DNA of 64,000 bases from assembly GCA_963849335.1 (NCBI GenBank), contig CAWKGZ010000003.1, positions 1,132,022 to 1,196,021 of the forward strand. Reading direction: 5' to 3'. The stretch is from an uncultured Chloroflexia bacterium (GTDB lineage Bacteria > Chloroflexota > Anaerolineae > Anaerolineales > UBA4823). The position numbers and the translations under genes were made by a program. Below, piece by piece: positions 61,441 through 64,000 of the stretch. The notes below the pieces were generated by a model that did no database searches, had not been told where the DNA came from, and worked only from the letters and a program-made list of their open reading frames with translations. How positions within the stretch are numbered: position 1 is the first letter of the stretch; each line of letters begins with the position of its first letter.

Positions 61441-61670
61441 CCACAAAGACACCAAGGACACGAAGGTACACAAAGGAATTGAAGGTCAAAGCAGAGTAAA
61501 GATTGGTAAACGGATGGGGAGCGGATTAGCGGGTGAAGGTTAGACATGCTGGTACCACAATCGGTAACCATGAAGGACACCAAGAACCCTCAGAATTTTC
61601 TTGGGCTGATTGGTGAGATAGGCAAGGAAGAACGTCAAATACAACTGAATAAGGAAAGATACATATAGCC

Positions 61671-63778
61671 ATGAAAAAAACATTGATTTCACTACTGCTT
61701 TTCATCGTTGTGATCGGGTTGGGGAATGCCGGGGGACGGCTTACGAGGGCTATGTGACCCACCTGCCACTGGTCACCCGGGCGGGTAACACCTGGCTGGG
61801 CCCGGATGGCGGGCGGCCCGTTTCGCTGGCGGTTGATCCCGCCAACCCGACGACTGTCTATGCCGGCTCGTGGGGCGCCGGGATGTTCAAAAGCCTGGAT
61901 GGCGGCTCCACCTGGTTCCAGACCAATACCGGGCTGGGAAATATGTACATCAACTCGCTGGCGATCGATCCCAGCCAGCCGCAAGTGCTGTATGCGGGGA
62001 CCTACCGCGATGCAGTCTACAAGTCCACCGACGGCGGGCAAAGCTGGTTCTGGTCTGGCAGTGGGATTCAGATCGAAGCTATTGTCTACACCATTGCCAT
62101 CGACCCGCAGAACACGAACAACCTGTACATCGGAACGCGCGGCGTCTCCAACAACGGCAAACCGCCGTGGAATGGCGTGCTATATAAGAGCACCAACGCC
62201 GGCCTGACCTGGACAGCGGTGCTGCAGAACATCGGCGGCCTGGAAGCCCAGGACTGGGTGTATTCCCTGGCGGTCAACCCGCAAGCACCCAACAATGTGT
62301 ATGCTGCCACCCACGAACACGGGGTTTATCGCAGCGAAAACTACGGCTGGAGCTGGTTCTATTCCTCCGAAGGCCTGGAGACCGACGACGACCGCACCGG
62401 TCGCGCGATCCTGGTCGATTGGCAGCTGCCCTCCCCATATCGCATTTACTATGGTGCCTGGCGTGGCAATGGAGTTTACCTCTCATTGGACAATGGCGGT
62501 GCCTGGGAAACTCTCAATGATGGCCTGCTGGGGATGTCAATCTATGCTATGAGCATGAGCCCAACGGATGCAGCCACGATTTACCTGTCCACATTCGGCT
62601 TCGGCATCCTGCGTACTACCAATCGCGGCGACACCTGGCTGCCGCGCGGCCTGCAGTCTGACGGCATCTATGCAGTGGCGATCAACCCGCAGAACGATAC
62701 CATCCTGTACGCGGGCACCGCTGGGGATGGGTTGTTCCGCAGCCTGGATGATAGCGCATCCTGGCAGCACAGCCAGGCTGGTTTTCGCAACGCCGATGTG
62801 CCATCGATGGTGCTGCCCTCCACCTCGCAGCACCTGTTCACCGCCCTGTACGGCGGCGGCGTGCAGGAATCCCAGGATGGAGGGGCCAGCTGGGTTGAGA
62901 TCAACAGCGGTCTGACGGATAAATTTGTGCTGCAACTGGTGGTCGATCCCGGCCATCCGAATCTGATCTATGCCGTGACCTCCACCGACGGGCTGTTCCG
63001 CTATGATAGTCTGATCGGCACCGGCTGGGTCTACGTGGGTGAAGATTTACCGCAGTCCACGAACAACCTGCCGGTGTACAGCGCAGAGGACCCGCGCGCC
63101 AGCCGGGAAACCTTACTGGGCGAGATGCCTCCGGCAGCCAATCGCGTAGAGGGCTTACCCGAAGCAGAAAACTTGCTCTCGATGGCCTACGCCCCTTCCA
63201 ATCCCGGTATCGCCTTCATCGGCACCGGCGGCTCCGGCATCTATAAGAGCTTGACTGACGGGCGAGACTGGTTCTTCAGCGGGCTGGAAGGGCTGGTGGT
63301 GAGCAGCGTGGCGGTTGACCCCTTCAATGCCAATAAGGTTTACGCGGTTACCAACGGTTCCGGGTATGTGCGCTTCTCTGATGACGGCGGCGGGAGCTGG
63401 ACCGCACTGCAGATGTATGCCCTCGGTGTGTATGGGGCAGCAGTTGCCACGGATCACACGGGTGCATTGTACCTGGGCACCAGCCTGGGGGTGATGCGCT
63501 ACACACCCAGCACCGGCTGGACCAATACTGCGTTGACCGGCATCTCCGTACCGGTGCTGGTCACCGACCTGCACCATCCCGGGCTGGTGTTCGCCGGGAC
63601 AGGCAATGGCGCCTACTACACCACGGACAGCGGCGCCACCTGGCAGTACGGGCCGGATGAGCTGGCTGGTTTGACCGTGAAGTCAATCAGCTTCGACCCG
63701 CTCCAGCCGGATGTAGTTTTCTTTGGCACCCAGACCCAGGGAATCTTACGGGCATACCTTGACTTCGAAGCAAAATAA
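61671..63778 (+). CDS. Secreted BNR/Asp-box repeat beta-propeller protein (Ycf48/sortilin-like repeats); frameshift in a G5 run at 61731-61735
   Basis: The signal peptide MKKTLISLLLFIVVIGLGNAGG (ATG 61671) is in a different frame from ORF 61754-63778. That ORF carries many S-x-D-x-G-x-(S/T)-W units (KSLDGGSTW, KSTDGGQSW, STNAGLTW, SENYGWSW, SLDNGGAWE, TTNRGDTW, SQDGGASW, SDDGGGSW, TTDSGATW). Confidence 0.7.
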
Positions 63779-63787
63779 TTCGCATTT

Positions 63788-63831
63788 CCCTGAGGGGAGG
63801 GGCGGGTGGTAGGTCCCCCCTCCCTTCAGGG
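63788..63831. repeat. GC-rich hairpin CCCTGAGGGGAGGGG / CCCCTCCCTTCAGGG downstream of the BNR gene
   Basis: 15-bp arms with one G.U position and a 14-nt loop. There is no U-tract, so terminator function is uncertain. Confidence 0.4.
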
Positions 63832-64000
63832 ATGGGCCGGGGGTAGGTGAAATTCTTCACCAAAAAAAACCTCTATTTCTGGTATGATTAATACATACTG
63901 AGAAAAACATACACAAGCATGTAAAAACCAGTATCACCCCCCGCCGGGCACCCGCCCAACTCGCCAGCTCCACCATGCCTGCTCAGGAGGAAGCCCATGA

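Noticed and set aside
63985-64000. Possible gene start (AGGAGG at 63985-63990, ATG at 63997)
   Set aside because: Only four coding nucleotides lie inside the window, which is too little to support a feature.

Overview
This 64-kb chromosomal segment is mostly GC-rich, with several visibly AT-richer gene blocks. The gene content includes very large PAS/GAF two-component proteins, LysM/LCP envelope genes, Pro/Thr-rich linkers, a pentapeptide-repeat protein, recX-rny, and dense families of short intergenic hairpin repeats. This looks like a filamentous Chloroflexota (Anaerolineae-like) genome or MAG, but that taxonomic call is inference only. I can support about 43 protein genes and 2 tRNAs (initiator-type Met-CAU and Leu-CAG). 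I found no rRNA, CRISPR, transposase, integrase or phage genes.

Main observations:
1. A ~15-kb co-directional signalling array (2923-17643) runs HK-RR-HK-RR-HK straight into a REC-CpaE/MinD-type ATPase. It is flanked by a REC-HD-GYP protein and an orphan CpaF-type ATPase, and no other Tad pilus part is in the window.
2. A ~500-nt ORF-free unit lies on the minus strand, from an extended -10 box to a strand-specific terminator hairpin that abuts the recX-rny ribosome-binding site. It is a candidate new leader or ncRNA.
3. A 1359-aa secreted beta-helix/DUF11 protein is built from 663-bp tandem repeats. Copies 1 and 3 share 469 bp of perfect identity.
4. A GyrA/ParC-family subunit has no recognisable GyrA box and carries a ~230-aa Lys/Ala/Pro-rich tail.
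5. There are several dispersed and tandem repeat families. They include a 3 x 152-bp array, a ~190-bp MITE-like pair, and ~100-bp direct repeats bracketing the pentapeptide gene.
6. Fourteen genes need at least 26 reading-frame corrections. Where I traced them, several sit in homopolymers, so most are probably assembly indels rather than true pseudogenes.

All family calls come from reading motifs by eye; no searches were run. Coordinates of non-ORF features may be off by 1-2 nt.
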